A DNA stretch of 32,000 nucleotides, taken from NCBI RefSeq assembly GCF_000253055.1, contig NC_016070.1, positions 540,001 to 572,000 on the forward strand, read 5' to 3'. Below the pieces are notes generated by a model. It did no database searches, had not been told where the DNA came from, and saw only the letters and a list, made by a program, of their open reading frames with translations. How positions within the stretch are numbered: the first letter of the stretch is position 1; each line of letters opens with the position of its first letter. The translations under genes were made by a program, and so were the position numbers. Source of the DNA: Thermoproteus tenax Kra 1 (GTDB taxonomy: Archaea; Thermoproteota; Thermoprotei; Thermoproteales; Thermoproteaceae). Shown here piece by piece: positions 1-8,914 of the stretch.

Positions 1-2
1 TA

Positions 3-233
3 GTGGGTCCCGAGGCCACTGTGGGCAGAGGCTCCTTCGTCTCCTACAGCGTAGTCGGCGCAGGCGCCGTATTGGAGCCCAATGTGGCGACCAGATCTGT
101 GTTGAGGGAGGGAAGGACGCGTTTACGCCCAATAGAGGTAAGAGGGCGCGAGTTCTACAAGCTTGGGGCTCTGATAGGGCGGGGCGAGAGGATAAGCGCT
201 GGGGCAGTCTTGGAGCCGGGCAGGGGCTTCTGA
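3..233 (+). CDS. C-terminal fragment of a left-handed beta-helix (hexapeptide-repeat) protein, probably sugar-phosphate nucleotidyltransferase; truncated by window edge
   Basis: Hexapeptide-like spacing (VGRGSFVSYSVVGAGAVLEPNV...ALIGRGERISAGAVLEPG); reading frame open to the left edge; TGATG overlap with next gene. Confidence 0.55.
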   Translation: MGPEATVGRGSFVSYSVVGAGAVLEPNVATRSVLREGRTRLRPIEVRGREFYKLGALIGRGERISAGAVLEPGRGF

Positions 234-1183
234 TGAGGCGCTCCATAGCAGACACAAAGGTTGAAGTAACTAGGCTGATCGCGCCGCACCATGTGAACCC
301 ATTGGGGACTCTCTACGGAGGATATATGCTACATTGGCTCGTCGATGCGGGGTCTATTGTGGCGACAGACCTGGCTGAGGCCAATGTGGCTCTAGGCTAC
401 CTCGACAGAATGCACTTCGTAGAGCCCATACGCGTCGGCGATATTGTGAAGTTCAGGTCTTGGGTCGTCTACGTAAGAAGAAGCAGTATAACTGTTCTAG
501 TAGAGTCCTACGTCAAGAGGGGAGATAAAATGCCCTTGGCGACTATTGCGCGTATGATCTTCGTGAAGCTTGGTGAGGACGGAAGGCCTGAGCCCGTCGG
601 AGCTGAGGTCTATGCGCAAAGCGAGTGGGAGCGCCTCCTCTTGAGCCACTTCTCGGAATGGAGGAACTCAATGGAGCACTTGTTGAGGGAGGAGAGGCCG
701 GCGGGCGATCTGCCAACTCTCGGCCACCTATTGGTGATGCCTGAAGATACAATCTACGGCAATATCATGTACGGCGGAAAGCTGCTCTATTACTTAGATC
801 AGCTGGCGGCCATAGCCGCCATGAACTTTAAGCCGAATATATACGTCACAGCGAGCGTCAACTCCATCAACTTCAGAAGGCCGATCCTGGTAGGTGATGT
901 AATCGAGGTGCAAGCCGATGTGGACTACGTGGGCCGGACGAGCCTTGAGGTCGCCTTTAAGGTCTACGCCAAGGGAACTAGAGGAAGACGCTATGTGGCC
1001 GGAGGATATATGACCTTTGTAAATATGACGGGCGGCAGGCCGACCCCCCTGGGCGAGGAGCTAATAAAAGATCCCGACGCCCTGAGGAGGAAGGAGATCG
1101 GTGTTGCGGAGGCGAAGGCCCTTAGGGCAGTGTACTACTCTGAAGAGGAGCCTGCGTATGCCGCTATGCTTCGAAGGTCTTGA
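233..1183 (+). CDS. Acyl-CoA thioesterase family protein with tandem hotdog domains
   Basis: Two hotdog-like segments in one 316 aa ORF: HVNPLGTLYGGYMLHWLVDAGS... and MPEDTIYGNIMYGGKLLYYLDQLAA... Confidence 0.8.
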   Translation: MRRSIADTKVEVTRLIAPHHVNPLGTLYGGYMLHWLVDAGSIVATDLAEANVALGYLDRMHFVEPIRVGDIVKFRSWVVYVRRSSITVLVESYVKRGDKMPLATIARMIFVKLGEDGRPEPVGAEVYAQSEWERLLLSHFSEWRNSMEHLLREERPAGDLPTLGHLLVMPEDTIYGNIMYGGKLLYYLDQLAAIAAMNFKPNIYVTASVNSINFRRPILVGDVIEVQADVDYVGRTSLEVAFKVYAKGTRGRRYVAGGYMTFVNMTGGRPTPLGEELIKDPDALRRKEIGVAEAKALRAVYYSEEEPAYAAMLRRS

Positions 1184-1835
1184 TAATGTCCACTCCGTGG
1201 CTCGAGCCTATACGCGTGGCGCCCGCCTCTATCAACGAGAGGGCTTGTCTGGCGTTTCTAATGCCTCCAGCCGCCTTGATGCCCACGCTGTCGCCAACAG
1301 CCCTCTTGATCAGTTTGACGTCCTCGACGGAGACGCCTCTGGGGCCGTACCCTGTGTTCGTCTTTACAAAGTGCGCGCCGCTCTTGACGACGATCTTGGA
1401 CGCGTGGACGATCTCCTCTTGAGTGAGATACCCGGTCTCTATTATCACCTTGAGGATCACCCCGTAGTCGCGCGCCAGAGCGGCCAGAGCTCTTATATCT
1501 CTTTCAACTAACTCGTAGAGGCCCGCCTTGAATGCACCTATGTTCATCACCATGTCGAGCTCGTCAGCTCCGTCCTCTATAGCGGCCTCCGCCTCAGCCA
1601 ATTTGACTGAGGTCCTTGTTGCGCCGAAGGGGAAACCGACTACCGACATGACTTTGGCCCTACTACCTATGATGGACTTGGCCAAGGATACATACGCCGG
1701 GTTGACCATCACGCCCCAGAAGCCGTAGGTGAGGACCTCTCTGCAATATCTCTCTACGTCGGACGGCGTGGCGGCGGGGTTAAGTATTGTGTGATCTATC
1801 AACTTGGCCAGATCTTCGGCACTCTTTATCTCCAT
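1164..1835 (-). CDS. deoC: Deoxyribose-phosphate aldolase
   Basis: LIDHTILNPAAT, VVGFPFG, EIDMV-like DELDMVMNIGAFK, VKTNTGYGPRG, GIKAAGGIR, RIGSSHG motifs; 223 aa. Confidence 0.95.
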   Translation of the reverse strand: MEIKSAEDLAKLIDHTILNPAATPSDVERYCREVLTYGFWGVMVNPAYVSLAKSIIGSRAKVMSVVGFPFGATRTSVKLAEAEAAIEDGADELDMVMNIGAFKAGLYELVERDIRALAALARDYGVILKVIIETGYLTQEEIVHASKIVVKSGAHFVKTNTGYGPRGVSVEDVKLIKRAVGDSVGIKAAGGIRNARQALSLIEAGATRIGSSHGVDIIKTFEA

Positions 1836-1878
1836 AGTTGAGTAGTGAATCTTTAATATTTAATGCGTCGGCAGCTCG

Positions 1879-2631
1879 GTGCTAATCGACTCCGTACTGT
1901 CGAATCTAGTGGTCCTCGCTCTGGTCTACAACAACGCCCTAGTCGTGTTGGGGCCCACTGTGTGGAGCGGCCTCAATCCCAGAAGGGCCTTGGTGGTCGC
2001 AATCGCCGCAGAGATGGCCGGAACGTTTCTGTCGCCTATGAGGACGGTGCATTTTCAGACCGACTATTATATCGTATCGCTCGTCTTCTATCTTATATTT
2101 ACTTATGTAAAGATTTCTTTACCCATTTCGGTATTTTTGTACTCGCTCAGAGGATTGACGGCTCAGTCTCTGGGGCTGTGGTTCGGAACGCCAGTGCCGG
2201 CCTTCGCCGTAGGCTACCTAATCTCCAGGACGTTGAAGCCCTCCATGGTGCTCGGCTATCTCGTCTTAGTGCTCGTCTCCTTCATGTTCGGCGCAAACAA
2301 CATAGCTTTCGTGAACAAGAGCCTATACGTCGTAGTCCCCATAGCTGTGGGCAACTACCTCGGGCTGAGTTTCTCCAGATGGATAGTCCGGCTCTACGCC
2401 TTCTCCTTCAGCGGCGCTATATCCGCCAGCCTTGCGGCGGCTGCGCTCGCCGCGTTGGGGACCGCGCTGGAGGTGCCCATGTCCTTCACGTTTCTGACTT
2501 ACAGCACTCTGTTGGGCGCAGCCGCCGCAAGGCGCCCGAGGATAATAAGAGTCTATGACTTCCTCAAAGCGCTCTCCTCTATTCTGCTGGCCCTGTTCTT
2601 GGCGTATGCCACTTTGTTAATGATAGGCTGA
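1879..2631 (+). CDS. Polytopic membrane protein, possibly a divergent PiT-family (phosphate permease-like) transporter
   Basis: Hydrophobic throughout; VYNNALVVLGPTVWSGLNPRRALVVAIAAEMAGTFL and FGANNIAFVNKSL resemble the two PiT signature repeats. Confidence 0.5.
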   Translation: MLIDSVLSNLVVLALVYNNALVVLGPTVWSGLNPRRALVVAIAAEMAGTFLSPMRTVHFQTDYYIVSLVFYLIFTYVKISLPISVFLYSLRGLTAQSLGLWFGTPVPAFAVGYLISRTLKPSMVLGYLVLVLVSFMFGANNIAFVNKSLYVVVPIAVGNYLGLSFSRWIVRLYAFSFSGAISASLAAAALAALGTALEVPMSFTFLTYSTLLGAAAARRPRIIRVYDFLKALSSILLALFLAYATLLMIG

Positions 2632-2666
2632 AGGAAATCGATTTAAGGACTTGAAACGTATGGAGT

Positions 2667-3986
2667 GTGAGACCTCTGGCCGAGCTGTTCTCCAAGCTGA
2701 TAGATAAAATTAGAGGAATAGATTACCTCGACGAGCAAGTCCTCACAGAGATAACTAGAGAGCTCCAGAGGTCCCTCTTGAAGGCGGATGTGCCCCTTGA
2801 TTTAATCAAGTCTTTCACAGACAGAGCAGTACAACGGATGAAGGAGGAGAGACCTCCGCCGGGGATACCTCTGAAGGACTACGTCATCTACATAATATAC
2901 GACGAGCTAGTCCGACTTTTGGGAGGGGAGGCTGAGGTCAATGTGGGTATCCCCAAGAGACCCTACGTAATAATGCTCTTGGGCGTTGAGGGTAGCGGAA
3001 AGACTACGACGGCCGCCAAAATAGCCCTCTTTTACCTCAAGAGGGGCGTCAAGCCAGGCTTGATCGAGACGGACACAATAAGGCCGGCGGCCTACGATCA
3101 ACTGAGGCAGTTGGCCGAAAAGATAGGCGTTCCCTTCTATGGCGAAAGGGAGGGCAGAGACGCGGTGGAGATAGCCAAGAGGGGGCTCGCGTCTCTGAAG
3201 AACGTCGACTTGGTAATTGTGGACACCGCGGGGCGCCATAGGAACGAGCAGGCCCTACTGGAGGAGGTGAGGGCCATCTACGAGGCGGTAAAGCCCGATG
3301 AGGTGATGTTGGTCGTCGACGCCACAGTCGGCAGACAAGCCGCCGCCCAAGCTGAGGCCTTTATGAAATATGTCCCCGTCCACAGCGTCGCCATCACCAA
3401 GATGGACAGCACCGCCAGAGGCGGCGGGGCGCTTGCAGCTGTGGCTAAGACGGGGGCTAGAGTGAAGTTCATAGGCGTGGGCGAGGGCGTCGATGAGCTT
3501 GAGCTATTCAATGCCAGAAAGTTTGTCGCAAGAGTGCTCGGCATGGGGGACCTCGAGAGTCTCGTCGAGCGCGTCAAAGCGGTCCTGGAGGAGGAGAAAA
3601 TCCTGGAAGACCTCGAGAGCGGCCGAATGGACTTATTGAGTTTCAAGAAACAATTGGACGCACTGCTCAAGTTGGGCCCATTGAGCAAAATAATGGAGCT
3701 TCTGCCGGGGACCCTCGCCTCTAAAATAAGCGAGGAGCAGATAGAGCTCTCTCAGAAGAACTTAAAGAAATGGCGAGCCATCTTGAGCTCGATGACCAAA
3801 GAGGAGTTGAAGGATCCGAGCATCTTAAACGCGTCGCGAATAAGGAGGATAGCTATTGGCGCCGGGGTGACTCCCAAAGATGTAAAAGATATGTTGAGGG
3901 CTTATGAGGCCATGAAGAGGATGTCTAAGGCCTTGAGGCGCCAGTATAGGCTTGCGTCAAGAAGAGGGGGCATTCCTCAGCCGTAG
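2667..3986 (+). CDS. srp54: Signal recognition particle 54 kDa protein (SRP54/Ffh), GTG start
   Basis: GVEGSGKTTTAAKIA P-loop, DTAGRHRNEQALLEE, TKMDSTARGGGALA, GVGEG; C-terminal M-domain. Confidence 0.97.
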   Translation: MRPLAELFSKLIDKIRGIDYLDEQVLTEITRELQRSLLKADVPLDLIKSFTDRAVQRMKEERPPPGIPLKDYVIYIIYDELVRLLGGEAEVNVGIPKRPYVIMLLGVEGSGKTTTAAKIALFYLKRGVKPGLIETDTIRPAAYDQLRQLAEKIGVPFYGEREGRDAVEIAKRGLASLKNVDLVIVDTAGRHRNEQALLEEVRAIYEAVKPDEVMLVVDATVGRQAAAQAEAFMKYVPVHSVAITKMDSTARGGGALAAVAKTGARVKFIGVGEGVDELELFNARKFVARVLGMGDLESLVERVKAVLEEEKILEDLESGRMDLLSFKKQLDALLKLGPLSKIMELLPGTLASKISEEQIELSQKNLKKWRAILSSMTKEELKDPSILNASRIRRIAIGAGVTPKDVKDMLRAYEAMKRMSKALRRQYRLASRRGGIPQP

Positions 3987-4444
3987 TGCGCACGTTCATA
4001 TTAGTGACCTCCCTCGATCGGTTCAACGAAGCTCCCTATTTACACGGAAAGGCGTTAGTCGCCTCGCTGCTTATCTCCAACGGCATCAGACACGATGCAG
4101 AATTCGTTATGTATCTGGTGGACGCCAGGATGGCGGTAAAAGTTCTGGGTAGCGCCGTGCGGTCGCTCTTTCCAGACGAAGAGTCGTCCACAGGTATCCT
4201 GAGGAAGGCGCTGAGGGGGGTGCGTCATCCTGGAGTCAGAGTTTTGAAAAATGTAGATCTGCGCGAGCTAAGTAGGGGGATCCTCGTCGATGGAAGGCCG
4301 GGCAACTGCAGAGTCAAAGGCGATTTCACCTATCTGGCCTACCTAGAGAGGCTGGACATCGACGTCGATTGCGGCTCAGGCCTCGGCGATATGCCGCCGC
4401 ACCATCAGTTCGCCGTAATAAACATCGAGGCCGATAGAGGGTAG
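3986..4444 (+). CDS. trmY: TrmY-like SPOUT tRNA (pseudouridine54-N1)-methyltransferase (DUF358), GTG start overlapping srp54 stop (TAGTG)
   Basis: SNGIRHDAEFVMYLV, VKVLGSAVRSLFPDEESSTGILRKAL and PPHHQFAVINIEADR correspond in order to segments of archaeal TrmY; shorter and divergent. Confidence 0.6.
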   Translation: MRTFILVTSLDRFNEAPYLHGKALVASLLISNGIRHDAEFVMYLVDARMAVKVLGSAVRSLFPDEESSTGILRKALRGVRHPGVRVLKNVDLRELSRGILVDGRPGNCRVKGDFTYLAYLERLDIDVDCGSGLGDMPPHHQFAVINIEADRG

Positions 4445-4446
4445 CG

Positions 4447-5679
4447 CTATTCAACCTCGAGCACATCTAGCTCCACTACATCGAGCTTGGCGCCTAGAGC
4501 TTCGGCGACGCTGGGAGTGGTCCTGCCCTCATCTCCGTTGATGAACTCCTTGACGTAGAGACCGCCCTGGCACCTCACGAAGAGCTCCAGTACGCGGTTG
4601 GTGATCAGGCGGCCTACGACGTTATAGACCATTCTCCTCCTCTTGGCCCTAGGGCTAAGCCTTTTGATCCTCCTCGGAGTCCTCTGGACTACGACGACGC
4701 CCTCTAGCTCTTTCAATTTCTCAAGGTCGCCGGCAGTTAACGGCTTGTCGGAGAGGGCGAGGGCTCTGTAGACTTTGATATTGGTCTTCGATTTTGCTTT
4801 CAATTCCCTTACGTCGTTCCTAGTCGCCGGCTTCAGCGGGGCCAATATTAGCTCCGCCGCTCTTAGTCCGGACAGATCGCCGGAGTATCTCCTAGGCTTC
4901 TTCACCTCTATGATCGCCGGGCGGCCGTTCCCCAACATACGGACGTCTACGTCCTCTCTCCCGGCCGCGTGGAGCACTAAGGCGGTGCCCCCGAATCTCT
5001 CTCTGACATGGTCTATTATCTCCTCTATGGTCTTCCTAGCCCCCGGCACTAGCTTGCCTTGAGACACCGATCTGCTCAACTTTATGTACGAGGTATATAG
5101 GAGAAGGGGGTTTTGCACCACTTTCACTTCGCCCGTTGTGAGATCCACAGTGGCCACTACGTCTGGCCTCTCCTTGTCGGCGGGCTTCCCGAGCCTCTCT
5201 CCGACCAGGCGCCCTATCCTTCGATTGACCTCGTGTTTTATAGACTCTGCAGTCTCCAGGCCCAATCTGGCTATCACCTCCCTCTCCCTATCTAGGACCT
5301 CCTTGGGAATATTGGAGCCGATTTGGAACGTGTTGATCTCCAGGCCCTCCAGCGCCTTCATGACTCCCTCTGAGTATTTCTCTACATCCTCCATTATGCC
5401 ACCGCATATATAGCACGAGGCCTCCTCGACGGCTATACCGTTCGCCCTCAAATAGCGACGAGTGGGTTGGTGGACTCGCGCGAGAGCCCGCAGGTCCTCC
5501 ACGACGTCGGACCCATATCTATACTCATAGATGAGGCGCATGTGGAGCACAGTCTTCAGAGCCCTCCCCCTCTCCTTGTTCTCTATGCCGTGTCCCATCG
5601 ACGCAAACAACCTCCCCAGACATGAGTCGCACAACGGGTATGCCCGCAACGCCTCTCTTGCCTTCTCGACCGGGTCCAC
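4447..5679 (-). CDS. pus10: tRNA pseudouridine synthase Pus10
   Basis: N-terminal CDSCLGRLFASMG...CYICGG zinc motif and C-terminal GREDVDVRMLGNGRPAIIEVKKP...EFINGDEGRTTPSVAEALG typical of Pus10. Confidence 0.92.
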   Translation of the reverse strand: MDPVEKAREALRAYPLCDSCLGRLFASMGHGIENKERGRALKTVLHMRLIYEYRYGSDVVEDLRALARVHQPTRRYLRANGIAVEEASCYICGGIMEDVEKYSEGVMKALEGLEINTFQIGSNIPKEVLDREREVIARLGLETAESIKHEVNRRIGRLVGERLGKPADKERPDVVATVDLTTGEVKVVQNPLLLYTSYIKLSRSVSQGKLVPGARKTIEEIIDHVRERFGGTALVLHAAGREDVDVRMLGNGRPAIIEVKKPRRYSGDLSGLRAAELILAPLKPATRNDVRELKAKSKTNIKVYRALALSDKPLTAGDLEKLKELEGVVVVQRTPRRIKRLSPRAKRRRMVYNVVGRLITNRVLELFVRCQGGLYVKEFINGDEGRTTPSVAEALGAKLDVVELDVLEVE

Positions 5680-5712
5680 GGGCCTGCGGCGCCCAGGCTA
5701 TTTAAGCTTGCC

Positions 5713-6666
5713 TCAACTCGGCCAACGGCCTGAGAAAGGTATCTCCCGCCCCATGCCGGCCCTTAGAGCCCTCTCATACACTCTCTTCGCAACTACAAGG
5801 TCCTCGACGGCGATTCCCATCGACTTGAAGATAGTTATGGAGTACTCATTCGATCTGCCTCTAGCTTTGCCGGCCACTATGTCTGAGAGAGGCACAGCCC
5901 TCTCCAGGGCGTTGGCCTGAATGAGGTCGCCCGCCTCTTCTCTCGCCTGGACTACGTCGTCCACGGCGATTATGTCGGCCTTGGCCACCGCATCCGGCGC
6001 CAGCTCAGCTCTATGCGCCCAGTTGCTTCCGACCGCGTTTATGTGGATGCCGGGCTTGAGGTGCTCCCCTCTGATGAAAGGCTCTTGGGAGTTAGTTGCA
6101 GTACAGAGCACGTCAACGTCGGCAACCTCGGCGTAGCTCTCGGCGACGGTCGCCTCGTAGCCTCTCGATTTAACCATCTCGGCGAAGAGAATCGCATGGC
6201 CGGGCGTTCTGCTGTATATTTTCACTAGGGCCGGCCTCATCAGCTCGGCCAAGGCCTCAAACTGAGCCCTTGCCTGCCTCCCTGAGCCAACTATGCCCAA
6301 AGTCCTCGAGTTAGGGCGCGCCATATACTTTGTGGCAACTGCAGACGCGGCTCCGGTTCTGATCTGGCCCAGCCGATCGGCCTCAATTATTGCCAACAGC
6401 TCGCCCGACGCTACGTCGAACAGCAACACAACGAAACGGGACCCGCCTCGCGTGCTCAAGTATGTCTTAAGGCCTGCCACATTGTAGCTGCCGAGGACAA
6501 TGCCTTGAAGCGTGTGCAACACGGCCCCCTTAGTTATAGCCCTCCGTCTGGGGAGGTTTACAGCCTGGCCCTCAGCCATAAGGCGGAATGCGTCCTCGAC
6601 GGCGTTTATAGCGTCCCTGAAACTCAAAAGCTCGTTCACATCCCGCTCTGAGATCAGAAGAGCCAT
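5713..6666 (-). CDS. Ornithine cyclodeaminase / mu-crystallin / archaeal alanine dehydrogenase family protein
   Basis: GLKTYLSTRGG, IEADRLGQIRTGAASAVATKYMA, LGIVGSGRQARAQFEA, HINAVGSN; TATA-like box (minus strand) about 6690, about 25 nt upstream of the ATG. Confidence 0.88.
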   Translation of the reverse strand: MALLISERDVNELLSFRDAINAVEDAFRLMAEGQAVNLPRRRAITKGAVLHTLQGIVLGSYNVAGLKTYLSTRGGSRFVVLLFDVASGELLAIIEADRLGQIRTGAASAVATKYMARPNSRTLGIVGSGRQARAQFEALAELMRPALVKIYSRTPGHAILFAEMVKSRGYEATVAESYAEVADVDVLCTATNSQEPFIRGEHLKPGIHINAVGSNWAHRAELAPDAVAKADIIAVDDVVQAREEAGDLIQANALERAVPLSDIVAGKARGRSNEYSITIFKSMGIAVEDLVVAKRVYERALRAGMGREIPFSGRWPS

Positions 6667-6684
6667 GAAAAAGGTTGTAGTTAA

Positions 6685-7344
6685 TTATTTAGAGGTGCCG
6701 TACCAGGGCGCCCAGGTTCTCCACGCGGCCGTGTGGATAAATATGGCCTCTACGCCTATGAGCAACGCGATTATGCCAGCAACTACCAATAGAAACATAA
6801 GGAGGTACGCCATGCTTTTGCCCACGCTCTTCAGAGTCAGCGCTGGGCTTAAGACGCCCGCCAGACCTATTGAAAAGAACATCAAGCCTGCAAGCGCTGG
6901 CTCGTTCGTCAGCCCATAGACCCATATATCTACTCCATAGATGAGCGGGATTAAGGAGAGCGCCGCTATGCCAACGAGCGCCCCCCTCAGGCGGAGTTGT
7001 TCGCCCTCCCCCTGAGCTTCAGCCGTATACGTCAAATTGAAGAGGCCCAATATGATGAGCGCTACGCCGAAGATGGGCCACGCATCTGAGAAGATGAGAT
7101 TATACGAACTCGGGAAAGGCCATGTGGCAAGAGCCCACAAGCCGCTCGATAGTGCGTATATGCCCACTGCTAAATAGAAATAGCCAATAGATCTATTGAG
7201 AGAGGCCTTGCCGCTGCTCGGCGTTTTGGAGACTAGATTAACGTAAATCCAGTAGGCTGCGAGCAACGACGTAGTTCCTAATAGATCTAGCCACGAGTCA
7301 AGGGGGTCTATAAACAGAGGCATATATCGATATATCGCCAACAA
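6685..7344 (-). CDS. Polytopic membrane protein, likely DUF981-type
   Basis: 219 aa with about six or seven hydrophobic segments; AT-rich promoter-like region immediately upstream (7345-7449). Confidence 0.6.
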   Translation of the reverse strand: MLAIYRYMPLFIDPLDSWLDLLGTTSLLAAYWIYVNLVSKTPSSGKASLNRSIGYFYLAVGIYALSSGLWALATWPFPSSYNLIFSDAWPIFGVALIILGLFNLTYTAEAQGEGEQLRLRGALVGIAALSLIPLIYGVDIWVYGLTNEPALAGLMFFSIGLAGVLSPALTLKSVGKSMAYLLMFLLVVAGIIALLIGVEAIFIHTAAWRTWAPWYGTSK

Positions 7345-7449
7345 TGAAATATCTTATTACATCGAAAAGAGAAATAGCGAAATATTATAAATTTTAATAT
7401 AATTATCATATTTTATTTTTTAAGCTTATAAAGTAATATTTTACATTAT

Positions 7450-8868
7450 TTATGATTTTCTCAATAGACTGTATGCCTTATAGCCCGACTTGCGCAGACG
7501 CTCCGCCACGTCCGCGCTCAACCCGCCGGTATAACAGTAGAAGACGTAAACGTTATCCCTTCCCATCTTCTCCACGAAGTCGAAGACCTTGTCTACGTCT
7601 ACTCTCACTGCGCCGGGCAGATGCCACTTGGCGTAGGACTCCTCATCGCGCAGATCCACTATGACGGCGCCCGGCGGAGGCTGGTCTATGACCACCGAGT
7701 GGGCCTCTGAAGACAACGATGTAGCTACCTCCCTCAGCTCGGTCTTTTTGTAGACCTTCGCCTCCGTAGCAGTTGCCTGTATTATGTCCCACAGAGCGAG
7801 GTCTATCGCCTCAATTTCGGCGGTTGAGGCCCAGCGTCTGGGCTCCCTTGAGAATATCGCGCAGTACTCAGGCACTTGCGTCGAGAGTTCGTAAGTCCCT
7901 ATCCTCTTGGCCGCCTCGACAATCTCCTCCTTGTCCAGGCCTATAAGCGGCCTCAAGACGGGCATGTCTATATCTTTCTCCACCGCGGAGAGAGCTTGGA
8001 GAGTCTGCGAGGAGACTTGGCCCAGGGACTCGCCCGTCACTATAGCTTGAGCCTTGGCCCTCCTCGCGATAACCTCTGCCAACCTGTACAAGGCTCTCTT
8101 GAACGCTATAGACCACAGATGGCTGTCGATGTTTCTCCTTATCGAGTCGGCTATCTTAGCGCAGTCAGCCACGTACACCCTCGCGTTGTAGCCGTACGAC
8201 CACTCGAGGAGCCTCTCGATCACCTTAAGTGTCGCCGAGAGAGCGAGCGAGCCTCCCAGGTTGCAGTGTAGAATGTCGGCGTAGGCCCCCCGCCTCATTA
8301 TATACCAAGCCGCGACCGGCGAGTCGATGCCGCCGGACACTAGGGCGAGTACCTTGCCCTCGGAGCCCAGGGGGAGCCCGCCGGGGCCGCGATACTCTTT
8401 ATCGAATGCGTACGCCCTATTTGCCCTAACTTCTATATAGAGCTCCACATCGGGGCGCTCTAGATCTACTTTGCCGCCGGCTTCCGCCAAGAGGGCCCCC
8501 ACCCTGGCGGCTACATCTCGCGAAGTGAAGTTGTGGACTCCTACTCTGTGAGCTCTCACGGCGAACTTCCTCCCGGCTACCTCCTTGGCCCACAGTCCAG
8601 CGGCCCATCTGGCCAACTCCTCTAGGCTGTCGAACGTAGTCTCATGGGCAGGGCTTGCCGACACGACTCCAAACACGCGGGCGGCCCTCGCGGCTACACA
8701 CTCGTCGTTCTCGCTATAGATAAATATACGGCCGGGCTCCCTCCTCATCGTGGACGTCCCGCATTCGGACGTCGCCTCTCTAATGGCTCTGATAAGTAGC
8801 TCTTCCATCTCCCTCCTAGTAGATCCTCTCTTGATCGCCAATTCGCCGTAACGCACAATTACTACCAC
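7450..8868 (-). CDS. thiI: ThiI-type sulfurtransferase (tRNA 4-thiouridine/thiamine synthesis) with THUMP, PP-loop and C-terminal rhodanese domains
   Basis: VRYGELAIKRG N-terminus, LALVSGGIDSPVAAW PP-loop, VPEYCAIFSREPRRWA, rhodanese VFYCYTGGLSADVAERL. The track start at 9066 is too long; GTG at 8868 fits an AT box centred about 8890. Confidence 0.93.
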   Translation of the reverse strand: MVVIVRYGELAIKRGSTRREMEELLIRAIREATSECGTSTMRREPGRIFIYSENDECVAARAARVFGVVSASPAHETTFDSLEELARWAAGLWAKEVAGRKFAVRAHRVGVHNFTSRDVAARVGALLAEAGGKVDLERPDVELYIEVRANRAYAFDKEYRGPGGLPLGSEGKVLALVSGGIDSPVAAWYIMRRGAYADILHCNLGGSLALSATLKVIERLLEWSYGYNARVYVADCAKIADSIRRNIDSHLWSIAFKRALYRLAEVIARRAKAQAIVTGESLGQVSSQTLQALSAVEKDIDMPVLRPLIGLDKEEIVEAAKRIGTYELSTQVPEYCAIFSREPRRWASTAEIEAIDLALWDIIQATATEAKVYKKTELREVATSLSSEAHSVVIDQPPPGAVIVDLRDEESYAKWHLPGAVRVDVDKVFDFVEKMGRDNVYVFYCYTGGLSADVAERLRKSGYKAYSLLRKS

Positions 8869-8884
8869 GATGAAGTCTCCGACC

Positions 8885-8897
8885 AAAAATATTAAAT
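8885..8897. promoter_or_regulatory. Shared AT-box between divergent thiI and PEBP genes
   Basis: AAAAATATTAAAT with palindromic core AATATT centred 8890.5; GTG (minus) at 8868 and ATG (plus) at 8915. Confidence 0.45.
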
Positions 8898-8914
8898 CGC
8901 TTATTAGACCGGGC

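Noticed and set aside
1863-2558. 231 aa plus-strand ORF in another frame over the membrane protein gene
   Set aside because: Arg/Ser-rich without domain features; the 1879-2631 frame encodes a coherent polytopic membrane protein.
5084-5413. 109 aa plus-strand ORF inside pus10
   Set aside because: Antisense Ser/Thr/Leu-rich shadow ORF opposite conserved Pus10 sequence.
7345-7449. AT-rich 105 bp stretch between thiI stop and the membrane protein start as possible insertion scar
   Set aside because: It fits an intergenic terminator plus promoter zone for the minus-strand gene starting at 7344; no repeat or target-site duplication seen.
7876-8271. 131 aa ORF antisense to thiI
   Set aside because: Shadow ORF opposite conserved ThiI motifs; no promoter or family signal. 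Similar reasoning applies to 8977-9396, 9665-10051, 13546-13905 and 16830-17207.
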